Source: Bacilli bacterium
GTDB taxonomy: Bacteria > Bacillota_I > Bacilli_A > RFN20 > CAG-826
Direction: 5' to 3'
NCBI GenBank assembly: GCA_016302065.1
Contig: JAEDOI010000002.1
Coordinates: 1,036 to 65,035, forward strand
DNA length: 64,000 nt
This document shows, piece after piece, positions 27,228 to 36,478 of the stretch. Made by a program: the position numbers and the translations under genes. Within the stretch, counting starts at the first letter, position 1. Each line of letters starts with the position of its first letter. A model generated the notes under the pieces. That model had not been told where the DNA came from, made no database searches, and saw only the letters and a list, made by a program, of their open reading frames with translations.

Positions 27228-28439
27228 TTATTTTAAAATTTCCTCTATTGTTCTACCAATCATAGTTGGATGTTTCTTTAAATTAAAGTTTGTTAAAATA
27301 GTGTCTCCAATATCAGCAAAACTATCTCTTTCTCCTAAATATCTTCCATCTTTAATCATTTTAGAATAAACAAGTAAAGGTACTTTTTCTCTAGTATGAT
27401 CTGTTCCTTTCCAAGTAGGATCGTTTCCATGATCTGCAGTAATCATTAATAAATCATCATCTCTTAATGATTCTAATAATATATTTAACTTTTCATCAAA
27501 TTCCTCTATTGCTTTCCCATAACCTATAGTATTTCTTCGATGACCATATTCACTATCAAATTCAACTAAATTAACAAAACAAAGACCACTATTAAATGAA
27601 CGATCTAAGCAAATATTGAGTGTTTTATCCATTCCATCATTATTTGAAGTTGTATGAACTGTTGAGGTTACACCACATCCATTAAAAATATCATTAATTT
27701 TACCAACACACCTCACTTCATAATTATTATCTTTTAATATATTTAAAGCTGTTATTCCACTTGGGCTTATTGCATAGTCATGTCTGTTGCTAGTTCTTTT
27801 AAATTCACCCTTCTTCTTGCCAATAAATGGTCGTGCAATAACTCTTCCAACAAACCATTCATCTTTTAAACATAATTTACGAGCAATTTCGCAACATCTA
27901 TATAATTCATCAAGACCTGTAACTTCTTCACTTGCACAAATTTGAAGAACTGAATCACTTGAAGTATAAACGATTAAAGAATTATCTCTAATTTGCTCTT
28001 CTCCTAAATCATCCAAAATTTTTGTTCCACTAGCAGCATAATTTCCAATAATTTTATGCCCAGTTTGTTTTTCAAGTTCATCAATCAATTCTTTTGGAAA
28101 TCCTGTATCAGTAAATGTTTTAAAAGGAGTTGTTGTTTTAATTCCCATCATTTCCCAATGCCCAGTCATGGTATCTTTTCCATTGCTTGCTTCATTAAGT
28201 TTTAATGTATAAGAAGACAAATGCTCGACACTATCAATATTTTTTAAGTTATCAAGATCTTTAATTCCTAATTTTGTAAGTGTTGGAATATTTAATTTAT
28301 CAAATGCTTCACTAATATGTTTAAAAGTATTAGCACCTAAATCACTTACTTCTCCAGTTTGATGAAACAAAGCTTGATCCTTAGCCTCTCCAATTCCTAA
28401 ACTATCCATGACAATAACAAATATTCTTTTAAATTTCAT
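27228..28439 (-). CDS. deoB: phosphopentomutase
   Basis: 403 aa. Sequence includes [26 protein letters not shown] and TDHTRE. Confidence 0.96.
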   Translation of the reverse strand: MKFKRIFVIVMDSLGIGEAKDQALFHQTGEVSDLGANTFKHISEAFDKLNIPTLTKLGIKDLDNLKNIDSVEHLSSYTLKLNEASNGKDTMTGHWEMMGIKTTTPFKTFTDTGFPKELIDELEKQTGHKIIGNYAASGTKILDDLGEEQIRDNSLIVYTSSDSVLQICASEEVTGLDELYRCCEIARKLCLKDEWFVGRVIARPFIGKKKGEFKRTSNRHDYAISPSGITALNILKDNNYEVRCVGKINDIFNGCGVTSTVHTTSNNDGMDKTLNICLDRSFNSGLCFVNLVEFDSEYGHRRNTIGYGKAIEEFDEKLNILLESLRDDDLLMITADHGNDPTWKGTDHTREKVPLLVYSKMIKDGRYLGERDSFADIGDTILTNFNLKKHPTMIGRTIEEILK

Positions 28440-28451
28440 ATTTTTCTCCTT

Positions 28452-29339
28452 TTATTTCTTTTTCCAAAATTGATCATATTCATTTAATATTTTCTCATTA
28501 GTTAAATGAGTGTAAATTTGAGTTGTTTCAATGTTTGTATGTCCAAGTAATTCTTGAACAACCCTTAAATCAGCCCCATTTTCAAGTAAATGTGTGGCAA
28601 ATGAATGCCTTAATGAATGAGGATGAATTTCTTTTTCAATTCCTGCCATTTTGGCATATTTTCTAATCTCTATAAAGAAATATTGCCTCGATATCTTTTT
28701 TCCCTTTAAATTTAAGAAAACATAACTCTTATCAACAATTAATTTTAACTTATTTCTAACTTCATTAATATATAAAAGTAAATATTTTAATGACTCTTCT
28801 CTAATTGGAATGCTTCTTTCTTTTTTACCCTTTCCTAAAACTGTAATAATCCTTTCATTTACATTAACTTGCTTCATTTTTAAAGAACAAAGTTCACTAA
28901 CACGAAGACCACTACAATACATAATTTCTACCATTGCTTTATTTCTAATATGATTTTTGTTAGTTAATGGTATTACATCAAGCAGTCTATCAACTTCTTC
29001 TTTCGTTAAATAAACTGGCAATTTTTTAGGAGTTTTAGGCATTTCAATATTGTCGATTATGTCTTTTGTAACTATTTTTTCACTTTCTAAGAATATATAA
29101 AAACCTTTTAAAAATGTTATTCTTCGAGAAATAGTCTTTTCACTTAATTCATCAATAGATTGATTAAAAGTGAAATTATCAAAATCATCTTTAGACAAAT
29201 CATCTGTATCCTTAATATTAGGAAAATAATAAAGAAATTTCTTAAAATCGTCTTTATAATCAGTAATAGTTACATTTGTAAGTTGTTTTTCAAACATACA
29301 AAATTGTAAATATCTTTCAAATGCCTCATTTATCTCCAT
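28452..29339 (-). CDS. xerD: tyrosine recombinase XerD-type
   Basis: 295 aa. Catalytic region includes GLRVSEL, HSLRHSFATHLLENGADLRVVQELLGH and IYTH. xerD-deoB adjacency as in other Firmicutes. About 3 kb from the dif candidate. Confidence 0.8.
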   Translation of the reverse strand: MEINEAFERYLQFCMFEKQLTNVTITDYKDDFKKFLYYFPNIKDTDDLSKDDFDNFTFNQSIDELSEKTISRRITFLKGFYIFLESEKIVTKDIIDNIEMPKTPKKLPVYLTKEEVDRLLDVIPLTNKNHIRNKAMVEIMYCSGLRVSELCSLKMKQVNVNERIITVLGKGKKERSIPIREESLKYLLLYINEVRNKLKLIVDKSYVFLNLKGKKISRQYFFIEIRKYAKMAGIEKEIHPHSLRHSFATHLLENGADLRVVQELLGHTNIETTQIYTHLTNEKILNEYDQFWKKK

Positions 29340-30543
29340 TTTTTCTTTCCTTTAATTTACTGCCTGAAAAGAATAAATCTTTATTTGCTTTTCGATTTAA
29401 GTCATTAATTAACAATTGAACTTTGCTTTCGCTTTCATATTTTTCATAGTTATCAAACGTCATTTGAACATCTAGCTTCTCTTTATCTTTTAAATTTTTT
29501 AATGTTACACCAGCCATTCTTAATAGAGTAAAATCATAAGTTTCATCAACAAATTGGCTAATTTTTTTAGTAATAAACTCCTTATCATCACTAAATTCAT
29601 TAAATGATTTAGCAAAAGTTTTAGTTTTAAAATCACTATCTTGACCACCTTCTTTATATACTAATTGAATAGTTTTACATACTTTATTTTTATTTTTCAT
29701 TTCATCAATAATAATTGAAGCTTGACTTAAAATCATATTTTTAATGAAATCAATATTATCACTATCATAATCAAACGTTGTAGTTCTTCCAATTGATTTA
29801 GGATCAAAGTCATTTAGGTTTAATTTATCATCACTTTTACCTTCTAAACATAAAATAATATTGTCTTTAAAGTTCATTAAATAATTATTTAATAAATCGT
29901 TAGGATCGTTTTTCTTAATTCGATAATATAAATCTCCAATAGTATTAATTCCAATATTTTGAAGCTTTGGATAAGTCTTATTACCAATTCCATAATAATC
30001 TTTAATAGGAAGAGGAAAAATTATTGATGGAATATCTTTTTTTCTAATTATTGTAATTCCGTTAGGTTTTTTAATATCGCTTCCCATTTTAGCTAAAAAC
30101 TTAGTACTAGCTACACCAATTGAACAATAAAGCTTGGTTTTATTATATAATCCAACTTGAATGTTTTTTAAATATTCATTTATATTATTGTTCCCATATT
30201 TTTTAAAAGATTCAGTAATGTCCATATAGCATTCATCAATTGATGCTTGTTCAACTAAAGGAGTAAATTGTTTTAAATGATGAACAAACTCTCTAGACAT
30301 CAAATTATAATATTTAAAATCACATGGAAGAATGATTAATTCTTTACATAAAGCTTGAGCTTGAAACATTGGCATTCCAGAATGTATTCCATAACTCCTC
30401 GCTTTATAAGAACATGTTGAAACAATACCCTTTCTTCCAGTTCCACCAACTGCAACAGGTTTATTAATCAAACTAGGGTTCTTAATTTCTTCGCATCTAA
30501 CAAAGAAGGCATTTAAATCAACATGAAGAATTATTCTACTCAT
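29326..30543 (-). CDS. dinB: DNA polymerase IV
   Basis: 405 aa, Y-family. Sequence includes ILHVDLNAFFVRCEE and SIDECYMDIT. Confidence 0.93.
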   Translation of the reverse strand: MSRIILHVDLNAFFVRCEEIKNPSLINKPVAVGGTGRKGIVSTCSYKARSYGIHSGMPMFQAQALCKELIILPCDFKYYNLMSREFVHHLKQFTPLVEQASIDECYMDITESFKKYGNNNINEYLKNIQVGLYNKTKLYCSIGVASTKFLAKMGSDIKKPNGITIIRKKDIPSIIFPLPIKDYYGIGNKTYPKLQNIGINTIGDLYYRIKKNDPNDLLNNYLMNFKDNIILCLEGKSDDKLNLNDFDPKSIGRTTTFDYDSDNIDFIKNMILSQASIIIDEMKNKNKVCKTIQLVYKEGGQDSDFKTKTFAKSFNEFSDDKEFITKKISQFVDETYDFTLLRMAGVTLKNLKDKEKLDVQMTFDNYEKYESESKVQLLINDLNRKANKDLFFSGSKLKERKNGDK

Positions 30544-30581
30544 ACTTATTTATTACTAACTATATACTAATAAATTACTAT
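30543..30581 (-). repeat. phased TTAGTA array F (minus strand: ATAGTA-TTAGTA-TTAGTA-TAAGTA, 11-bp period)
   Basis: Plus-strand TACTTA, TACTAA, TACTAA, TACTAT at 30543, 30554, 30565 and 30576. The array fills the whole xseB-dinB gap: its first TAG is the xseB stop and its last A is the A of the dinB ATG. Confidence 0.85.
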
Positions 30582-30775
30582 TTTTCACCTAATTTATTAT
30601 TTTCGATCTTTTCTTTAGCCTCTATAATTGTTTCTTCCAATTCTTTAATTAGCTTATTAGCTTCCTCAAATTTAATTAATGATTCTTCTAAATTTAATTC
30701 ATTATTCTCTAATAACGAAGCAATTTCATTAACTTTTTTTAGCTTTTCTTCAAAAGATAATTGTTTATTTTCCAT
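30578..30775 (-). CDS. xseB: exodeoxyribonuclease VII small subunit
   Basis: 65 aa, helical. Sequence includes SFEEKLKKVNEIASLLEN..LEESLIKFEE. Follows xseA. Confidence 0.9.
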   Translation of the reverse strand: MENKQLSFEEKLKKVNEIASLLENNELNLEESLIKFEEANKLIKELEETIIEAKEKIENNKLGEK

Positions 30776-30778
30776 ACT

Positions 30779-31993
30779 TTACTCCTTTTTTAAATCTGTT
30801 ATTCTAGCAACGATTTTACCATTTCCAGTTTTAATTATAATTTCATCATCTAAAGATAATGATGAAATATCCTTAATAAGTTTATTACCTTTATAAACTA
30901 GGCTATATCCTTTATTTAAAAGATTATTAATATCAAGTACTGATAATCTTAATTTTAAGTTATTTATCTTATTATTATTTATATCAATAATTTTATTAAT
31001 AGATGAATTAATTAATGAAGATAAATTACCTAATTGTTTTTCAATTTCAAAAAGATAAGAAGAATAACTTTTTAATGCAGGAATATTCTTTAATTCCATT
31101 ATCTTTTTTTCATAATTATCTATTTTATTAATTAATGATTTATATATATTAGATTTTATAAAATATAATTCTTTTATTATATCTTCAATATTAACTACTG
31201 CTCTTTCACAGGCAGCAGTTGGAGTTGAAACATGGACATCACTTGCTAAATCAACTAAAGAAAGATTTATTTCATGTCCAATTGCACTAATTATAGGTTT
31301 ATTTAAAGAAGCAACTTTTCTTACAAGTTGTTCTTCATCAAAAACCATTAAATCTTCTTTAGCTCCTCCGCCTCTTCCTAAAATAATTAAATCAGAATCA
31401 TCGTTAGAGGCTTTATTTAAAGCGTTTAGTAAATCATCTAAAGCTTCATTGCCTTGAACCTTAGAATATATAAAATTAACTTCTACTAAAGGATTTCTTC
31501 TTTTAATATTAAAACTAAAATCTCTTTCAGCAGCACTATTTTCTCCACAAATTATACTAATTTTTTTAGGAAAATAAGGAATTTGTTTCTTTTTTGAAAT
31601 ATCAAACAAACCTTCTTTATATAATTTTTCTTTTAATTGTTCTCTTTTTAAAAGAATATTACCTTCTCCATAAGGAATTACTTTTTTGATTATTAACTGA
31701 TATGTACCATTTGCAATATAACTCGAAATATTTCCAATTACTAAAATCATATCGCCATCTTTAAAACTAAAGTTTAGTTTCATAGCATCATATTTAAATA
31801 AAACACATGAAATAATTGATTTTTCATCTTTTAAAGAAAAATAAAGATGCCCACTTCTGTTGGCACCTCTAAAATTCGAAACTTCACCAATTAACCCAAC
31901 ATTATTTAATGTTAAAGTATTATCAAATAATGTTTTGATATAATCATTAATTTCAAAGATAGTATAAAAAGGTTTATTTTCGTAAGTTATCAT
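30779..31993 (-). CDS. xseA: exodeoxyribonuclease VII large subunit
   Basis: 404 aa. N-terminal OB fold (GEVSNFR..SGHLYFSLKD) and a catalytic core (RGGGAKEDL). Confidence 0.93.
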   Translation of the reverse strand: MITYENKPFYTIFEINDYIKTLFDNTLTLNNVGLIGEVSNFRGANRSGHLYFSLKDEKSIISCVLFKYDAMKLNFSFKDGDMILVIGNISSYIANGTYQLIIKKVIPYGEGNILLKREQLKEKLYKEGLFDISKKKQIPYFPKKISIICGENSAAERDFSFNIKRRNPLVEVNFIYSKVQGNEALDDLLNALNKASNDDSDLIILGRGGGAKEDLMVFDEEQLVRKVASLNKPIISAIGHEINLSLVDLASDVHVSTPTAACERAVVNIEDIIKELYFIKSNIYKSLINKIDNYEKKIMELKNIPALKSYSSYLFEIEKQLGNLSSLINSSINKIIDINNNKINNLKLRLSVLDINNLLNKGYSLVYKGNKLIKDISSLSLDDEIIIKTGNGKIVARITDLKKE

Positions 31994-32402
31994 TTAAGCA
32001 ATTATCTAAAATACCATTAACAAATTTATAATCTGTAACATCACCATATTTTTTAGCAAGTTTAACAGCTACATCAATTATTATTGGTTTTTCCATTTCT
32101 GGAAAAAATTTATAATGAGTTAAAGATAAAATCAGTATTGATTGAATTGTTAAATTTAAACGATTAAATTTCCATCTCCTTAAATAAGGAGTTACATATT
32201 CAATTAATTCATCTTTGTATTTTATAGCTTTTACTAAAGATAGTTTTAAAAATACATCGACCTCATCAAAAGGTAAGTCACATGATTCTTCAATTAATGT
32301 GACAATATCTTTACTTTTACCTAATTGTTCAAGTAAAAGGTGCGAATAAAGAATTTGCATCGCTTTTTCTTGTAATTTATTTCTAGTTAACTCTTGACTC
32401 AT
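31974..32402 (-). CDS. nusB: transcription antitermination factor NusB
   Basis: 142 aa. Conserved asp23-nusB-xseA order. Sequence includes R..A.Q.LY and NGILD. Confidence 0.88.
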   Translation of the reverse strand: MSQELTRNKLQEKAMQILYSHLLLEQLGKSKDIVTLIEESCDLPFDEVDVFLKLSLVKAIKYKDELIEYVTPYLRRWKFNRLNLTIQSILILSLTHYKFFPEMEKPIIIDVAVKLAKKYGDVTDYKFVNGILDNCLNDNLRK

Positions 32403-32404
32403 AA

Positions 32405-32734
32405 TTAAATAATATTAGTTTTAATAACGATTTTAAAAGGAACAGCATCCAAAAGATATAATAGATTATTTGTTAAAACTTCTTTTATTTTAGTTTCAAT
32501 CTCATCTTTATTAACATCTTTTGATATATTTACCTTAATTTTGAAAATAGCTTCATTTTCACGTAAGGTAACATCAACATCATCATCTGTTAAAAATGTT
32601 TTCTTTTTCTTATCTAAAGAAATAATTCCGTTTATTTGACGAATTGATTCCTCTCCAATTTGTTTAAAAACGCTTTTAGAGATGCCAAGTTCACCTTTTT
32701 TATTAGTTTTTTTAATATATACGTATTTTGCCAC
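32405..32734 (-). CDS. Asp23/Gls24-family envelope stress protein (YqhY-like)
   Basis: 109 aa. Called from its position upstream of nusB and an Asp23-like N-terminus (GELGISKSVFKQIGEESI). Confidence 0.65.
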   Translation of the reverse strand: MAKYVYIKKTNKKGELGISKSVFKQIGEESIRQINGIISLDKKKKTFLTDDDVDVTLRENEAIFKIKVNISKDVNKDEIETKIKEVLTNNLLYLLDAVPFKIVIKTNII

Positions 32735-34728
32735 TAATTTTCCTCCTTTAATTCTTTAACACATGAAAGAATATATTCTTTTAAATCATTAGCAGTAAAA
32801 TGATATTTCTTTACAACATCACTTGCTTTACCACTAGCACCGAAACGATCAATACCAAAATTAAATCTAGCATATTTACCCCAACCAAATGTTGAAGCCA
32901 TTTCTACGCTAATTCTACGGTTATAAAATTTAGTTAACACGGATTCTTTATATTCTTTGCTTGTTGAATCAAATAATTCAAAGCAAGGCATAGAAACAAC
33001 TCTAATATCTAATTCATCTTTTAATAATTCTTTAGCTTCTAAGCATAATGAAACTTCACTTCCAGTTCCAATAAGGACGATATCTGGTTCTTTTTCTTCT
33101 TTTGAAACAATGTAAGCACCATTTTTAACACCTTCATAAGAAGATGAATTTTCTAAAATTGGAAGATTTTGACGACTTAAAATAATACAACTTGGAGATT
33201 TTGTACTTTCAAGAGCAATTTTATATGAAGCAAATACTTCTTTATTATCACATGGTCTAAACACTAATGTATTAGGAATTGAACGAAGCATAGCAAGTTG
33301 TTCAATTGGTTGATGAGTTGGACCATCTTCTCCAACCATTAACGAATCATGTGAGAAAAGATAAATTTGAGGTAATTCCATTAATGCTGACATTCTAATT
33401 GCAGGTTTTAAATAGTCGCTAAATACAAGGAAACAACCAGCATATGTTCTTAGTCCACCATGAAGAAGCATACCATTGCTTGCAGCAGCCATTAAAAATT
33501 CTCTAATACCCCAGTTTATATTTTTTCCTTCTAAATGTTCACTTGTAAAATTAACTTGATTATCTAAAGAAGTCATTACACTAGCGGCAACATCAGCACT
33601 ACCACCAACAAAATTTGGAAGCATTTTTGAGAAATGATTTAAAACTTTTTGACTACCTTTTCTTGTAGAATCTTCTTTTAATTCTTTAAATTCTAAATTT
33701 TCACCAACTAATAAAGATGACACATCATTATTTTCTAAAGCTAAAGCTTGCTCTACTAATTCTTTATTAGTTAAGGAATATTCTTTTAATCTTTCATTAT
33801 ATTCTTTTTCTTTTGTAATTCCTCTGTTAACAAAAGTAGCAATTAAATCTTCTTTTACTTCTTCTGGAACAAAGAATTCTTCATGATCAAATCCATAACT
33901 TAATTTAGTATTTTTTCCATCTTCTTCACCAAGTGGAGCGCCATGTACCTTACTTGTTCCTTGATTTTTACTTCCATAACCTATTATGGTATCGCAAATA
34001 ATTACTGTTGGGTTTTCAACACTTTCTTTAGCGATTTTTATAGCTTTTTTAATATCTTTGACGCTATTTCCATCTTTTACATAAATTACATCCCATCCAG
34101 CACTAAGAAAACGATCTTTAACATCAGTGTTATCACTTTGAGCAAGAGGTCCATCAAGAGTTACACTATTTGAATCATAAAATAAAATTAATTTATTTAA
34201 TTTCATGAATCCTGCATATGTCAAAGCTTCTTGGGAGATACCCTCTTCTAAACATCCATCACCACATAAACAATAAGTATAGTGATCATAAACTTCACTA
34301 CCATACATTTTTCTTAATTTAGCTTCAGCCATAGCAATACCAACAGCTTCAGCTATACCTTGACCTAAAGGTCCACTGCTAGCATCAACTCCGCTAGTAA
34401 CATGGATTTCAGGATGTCCTGGAGTTTTGCTATCAAGTTGTCTAAAATTCTTTAAATCATCAATAGTTACATCATATTGAGCAAGATGAAGCATTGCATA
34501 AAGAAGCATTGATGCATGTCCTGCGCTTAATACAAAACGATCACGATTTCTCCATGAAGGATTTTTTGGATTTGCATTTAAATAATATTTGTAAAGAGTA
34601 TAAACAATAGGAGCAGCACCAAGAGCAGTACCTGGATGACCACTTTTTGCTTTATTAATACCATCAATACAAAGACTACGTAATGTAGCAACGCCTAAAA
34701 CATCAATTTTCTTTTCTCTTAAATTCAT
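32734..34728 (-). CDS. tkt: transketolase
   Basis: 664 aa. Sequence includes SGHPGTALGAAP, RDRFVLSAGHASMLLY and GDGCLEEG. This is the Tkt pattern, not the DXS pattern. Confidence 0.95.
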   Translation of the reverse strand: MNLREKKIDVLGVATLRSLCIDGINKAKSGHPGTALGAAPIVYTLYKYYLNANPKNPSWRNRDRFVLSAGHASMLLYAMLHLAQYDVTIDDLKNFRQLDSKTPGHPEIHVTSGVDASSGPLGQGIAEAVGIAMAEAKLRKMYGSEVYDHYTYCLCGDGCLEEGISQEALTYAGFMKLNKLILFYDSNSVTLDGPLAQSDNTDVKDRFLSAGWDVIYVKDGNSVKDIKKAIKIAKESVENPTVIICDTIIGYGSKNQGTSKVHGAPLGEEDGKNTKLSYGFDHEEFFVPEEVKEDLIATFVNRGITKEKEYNERLKEYSLTNKELVEQALALENNDVSSLLVGENLEFKELKEDSTRKGSQKVLNHFSKMLPNFVGGSADVAASVMTSLDNQVNFTSEHLEGKNINWGIREFLMAAASNGMLLHGGLRTYAGCFLVFSDYLKPAIRMSALMELPQIYLFSHDSLMVGEDGPTHQPIEQLAMLRSIPNTLVFRPCDNKEVFASYKIALESTKSPSCIILSRQNLPILENSSSYEGVKNGAYIVSKEEKEPDIVLIGTGSEVSLCLEAKELLKDELDIRVVSMPCFELFDSTSKEYKESVLTKFYNRRISVEMASTFGWGKYARFNFGIDRFGASGKASDVVKKYHFTANDLKEYILSCVKELKEEN

Positions 34729-34729
34729 C

Positions 34730-36475
34730 TTATTCTCCTTTATCTATTTTTATTCCAAGAATTTTAAGTTGTTCTTCACTAACTTCGTAAGGGGCATTTG
34801 TTACAGGACAAATTGCATTTAAATTTTTAGGGAAAGCAATAACATCACGAATATTATCGGTTCCACTTAAAATCATCGCTAATCTATCGAGACCAAAAGC
34901 TAAACCTCCATGTGGAGGAGTTCCATATTTTAATGATTCAACAAACCAACCAAATTTTTTATTAATTTCCTCTTCGCTTAATCCTAAAATTTCAAAAATT
35001 TCTTTTTGAACTTTTTGATCATAAATTCTTAAACTTCCACCACCAGCTTCATAACCATTGATAACAATATCATAAGCGTAAGCATAAACTTCATATGGTT
35101 TTTCTCTTAATTTATCTAAGTCTTCATCACAAGGTCTTGTAAATGGATGATGGCAAGGAGTAATAGTTCCATCAAGCTCGCTCCTTTCAAATAATGGGAA
35201 ATGAACAACCCATAAAAGATCGTATGTTCCTTCTTTTACTAAATTTAATTCTTTAGCAATTAAACTTCTTAATGCTCCAAGACCAAAATTTACATCTCTT
35301 TTAATTTCACTAGTTGCTAAAAATATAGCATCGTTTTCCTTAGCTTCCATTGTCTTAATTAAAGCTTCTTTTTCAATATCACTTAAAAACTTGGCAACAC
35401 TTCCTTCAAGAGTATTGTTATTAACTTTAAGACAAATAAAACCTTTTAAGTTGAATTTTTTAGCTAATAAATTATATTCATCAGTCTTTTTTCTAGAAAA
35501 ATGAGCATTACTATTTTCTACTTTTATTGCTTTTACATATTTTGATTCTTTGAAACCATTAAATTCACAATTTAAGAAAATATCTTTAACATCGTGAATT
35601 TTAAGATCAAATCTTGTATCAGGTTTATCACTTCCATAAACATTTACAGCTTCATCGTATTCAATTTGTCTAAGTGGAAGTTTTACATCGTAATTTACTA
35701 TTTCTTTAAATAACTTCTTTAAAAATCCTTCAGCAATAGAAATAATTTCATCTTGATTTAAAAAACTAGTTTCAACATCAATTTGGGTAAAATCTGGTTG
35801 ACGATCAGCTCTAAGATCTTCATCTCTAAAGCATCTAGCTATTTGATAATATCTTTCAAATCCACTAACCATAAGCATTTGCTTATAAAGTTGAGGCGAT
35901 TGAGGTAAAGCATAAAAACTACCTTTATGAATTCTTGAAGGAACTAAATAATCTCTTGCGCCTTCAGGAGTTGATGGAGATAAATATGGAGTTTCAACAT
36001 AAATAAATCCATTAGAAGAAAAATATTCATTAGTAATATTAATAATTTTACTTCTTGTTAAAAATTTCTCTAACATGCAATGTCTTCTTAAATCTAAGTA
36101 ACGATATTTCAATCTAATATCTTCACTGGCGTTAGAATCCTCTTTAATATAAATTGGAGGTTGACAAGCTGTATTAATTAACTTAACGTTACTAGCAATA
36201 ATTTCAATTTCACCTGTTTTTAAATTTGGATTAGCAGTTGCTCTTTTTGAAACAACACCACTAACTTCAAAAATATATTCGTTGCCAATATTATCAATTT
36301 TGACTTCGTCATTATTTACAAGAATTTGAACAATTCCAGTTCTATCACGTAAATCAATAAACATGATTCCACCATGATTTCTAAATTTAGAAACCCAACC
36401 AATGACACTTACATTTTTATTTAAGTCATTAATTGTAATTTCTCCACAATAATTAGTTCTATTAAATTTTTCCAT
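34730..36475 (-). CDS. aspS: aspartate--tRNA ligase
   Basis: 581 aa. Sequence includes QSPQLYKQ, FRDEDLRADRQPDFTQID and GLDRL. Confidence 0.97.
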   Translation of the reverse strand: MEKFNRTNYCGEITINDLNKNVSVIGWVSKFRNHGGIMFIDLRDRTGIVQILVNNDEVKIDNIGNEYIFEVSGVVSKRATANPNLKTGEIEIIASNVKLINTACQPPIYIKEDSNASEDIRLKYRYLDLRRHCMLEKFLTRSKIINITNEYFSSNGFIYVETPYLSPSTPEGARDYLVPSRIHKGSFYALPQSPQLYKQMLMVSGFERYYQIARCFRDEDLRADRQPDFTQIDVETSFLNQDEIISIAEGFLKKLFKEIVNYDVKLPLRQIEYDEAVNVYGSDKPDTRFDLKIHDVKDIFLNCEFNGFKESKYVKAIKVENSNAHFSRKKTDEYNLLAKKFNLKGFICLKVNNNTLEGSVAKFLSDIEKEALIKTMEAKENDAIFLATSEIKRDVNFGLGALRSLIAKELNLVKEGTYDLLWVVHFPLFERSELDGTITPCHHPFTRPCDEDLDKLREKPYEVYAYAYDIVINGYEAGGGSLRIYDQKVQKEIFEILGLSEEEINKKFGWFVESLKYGTPPHGGLAFGLDRLAMILSGTDNIRDVIAFPKNLNAICPVTNAPYEVSEEQLKILGIKIDKGE

Positions 36476-36478
36476 AAC

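Noticed and set aside
28452-29339. Tyrosine recombinase as a marker of an integrated mobile element or phage.
   Set aside because: It has full XerD-type catalytic motifs, sits in conserved xerD-deoB synteny, overlaps dinB in an operon, and has no flanking att-like repeats or phage genes.
32734-34728. Could be DXS (the first MEP enzyme), given ispG/ispH in the window and the B. subtilis nusB-xseAB-ispA-dxs neighbourhood.
   Set aside because: The N-terminal SGHPG..RDRFVLSAGHASMLLY pattern and the 664-aa length are those of transketolase. DXS has a different N-terminal signature.
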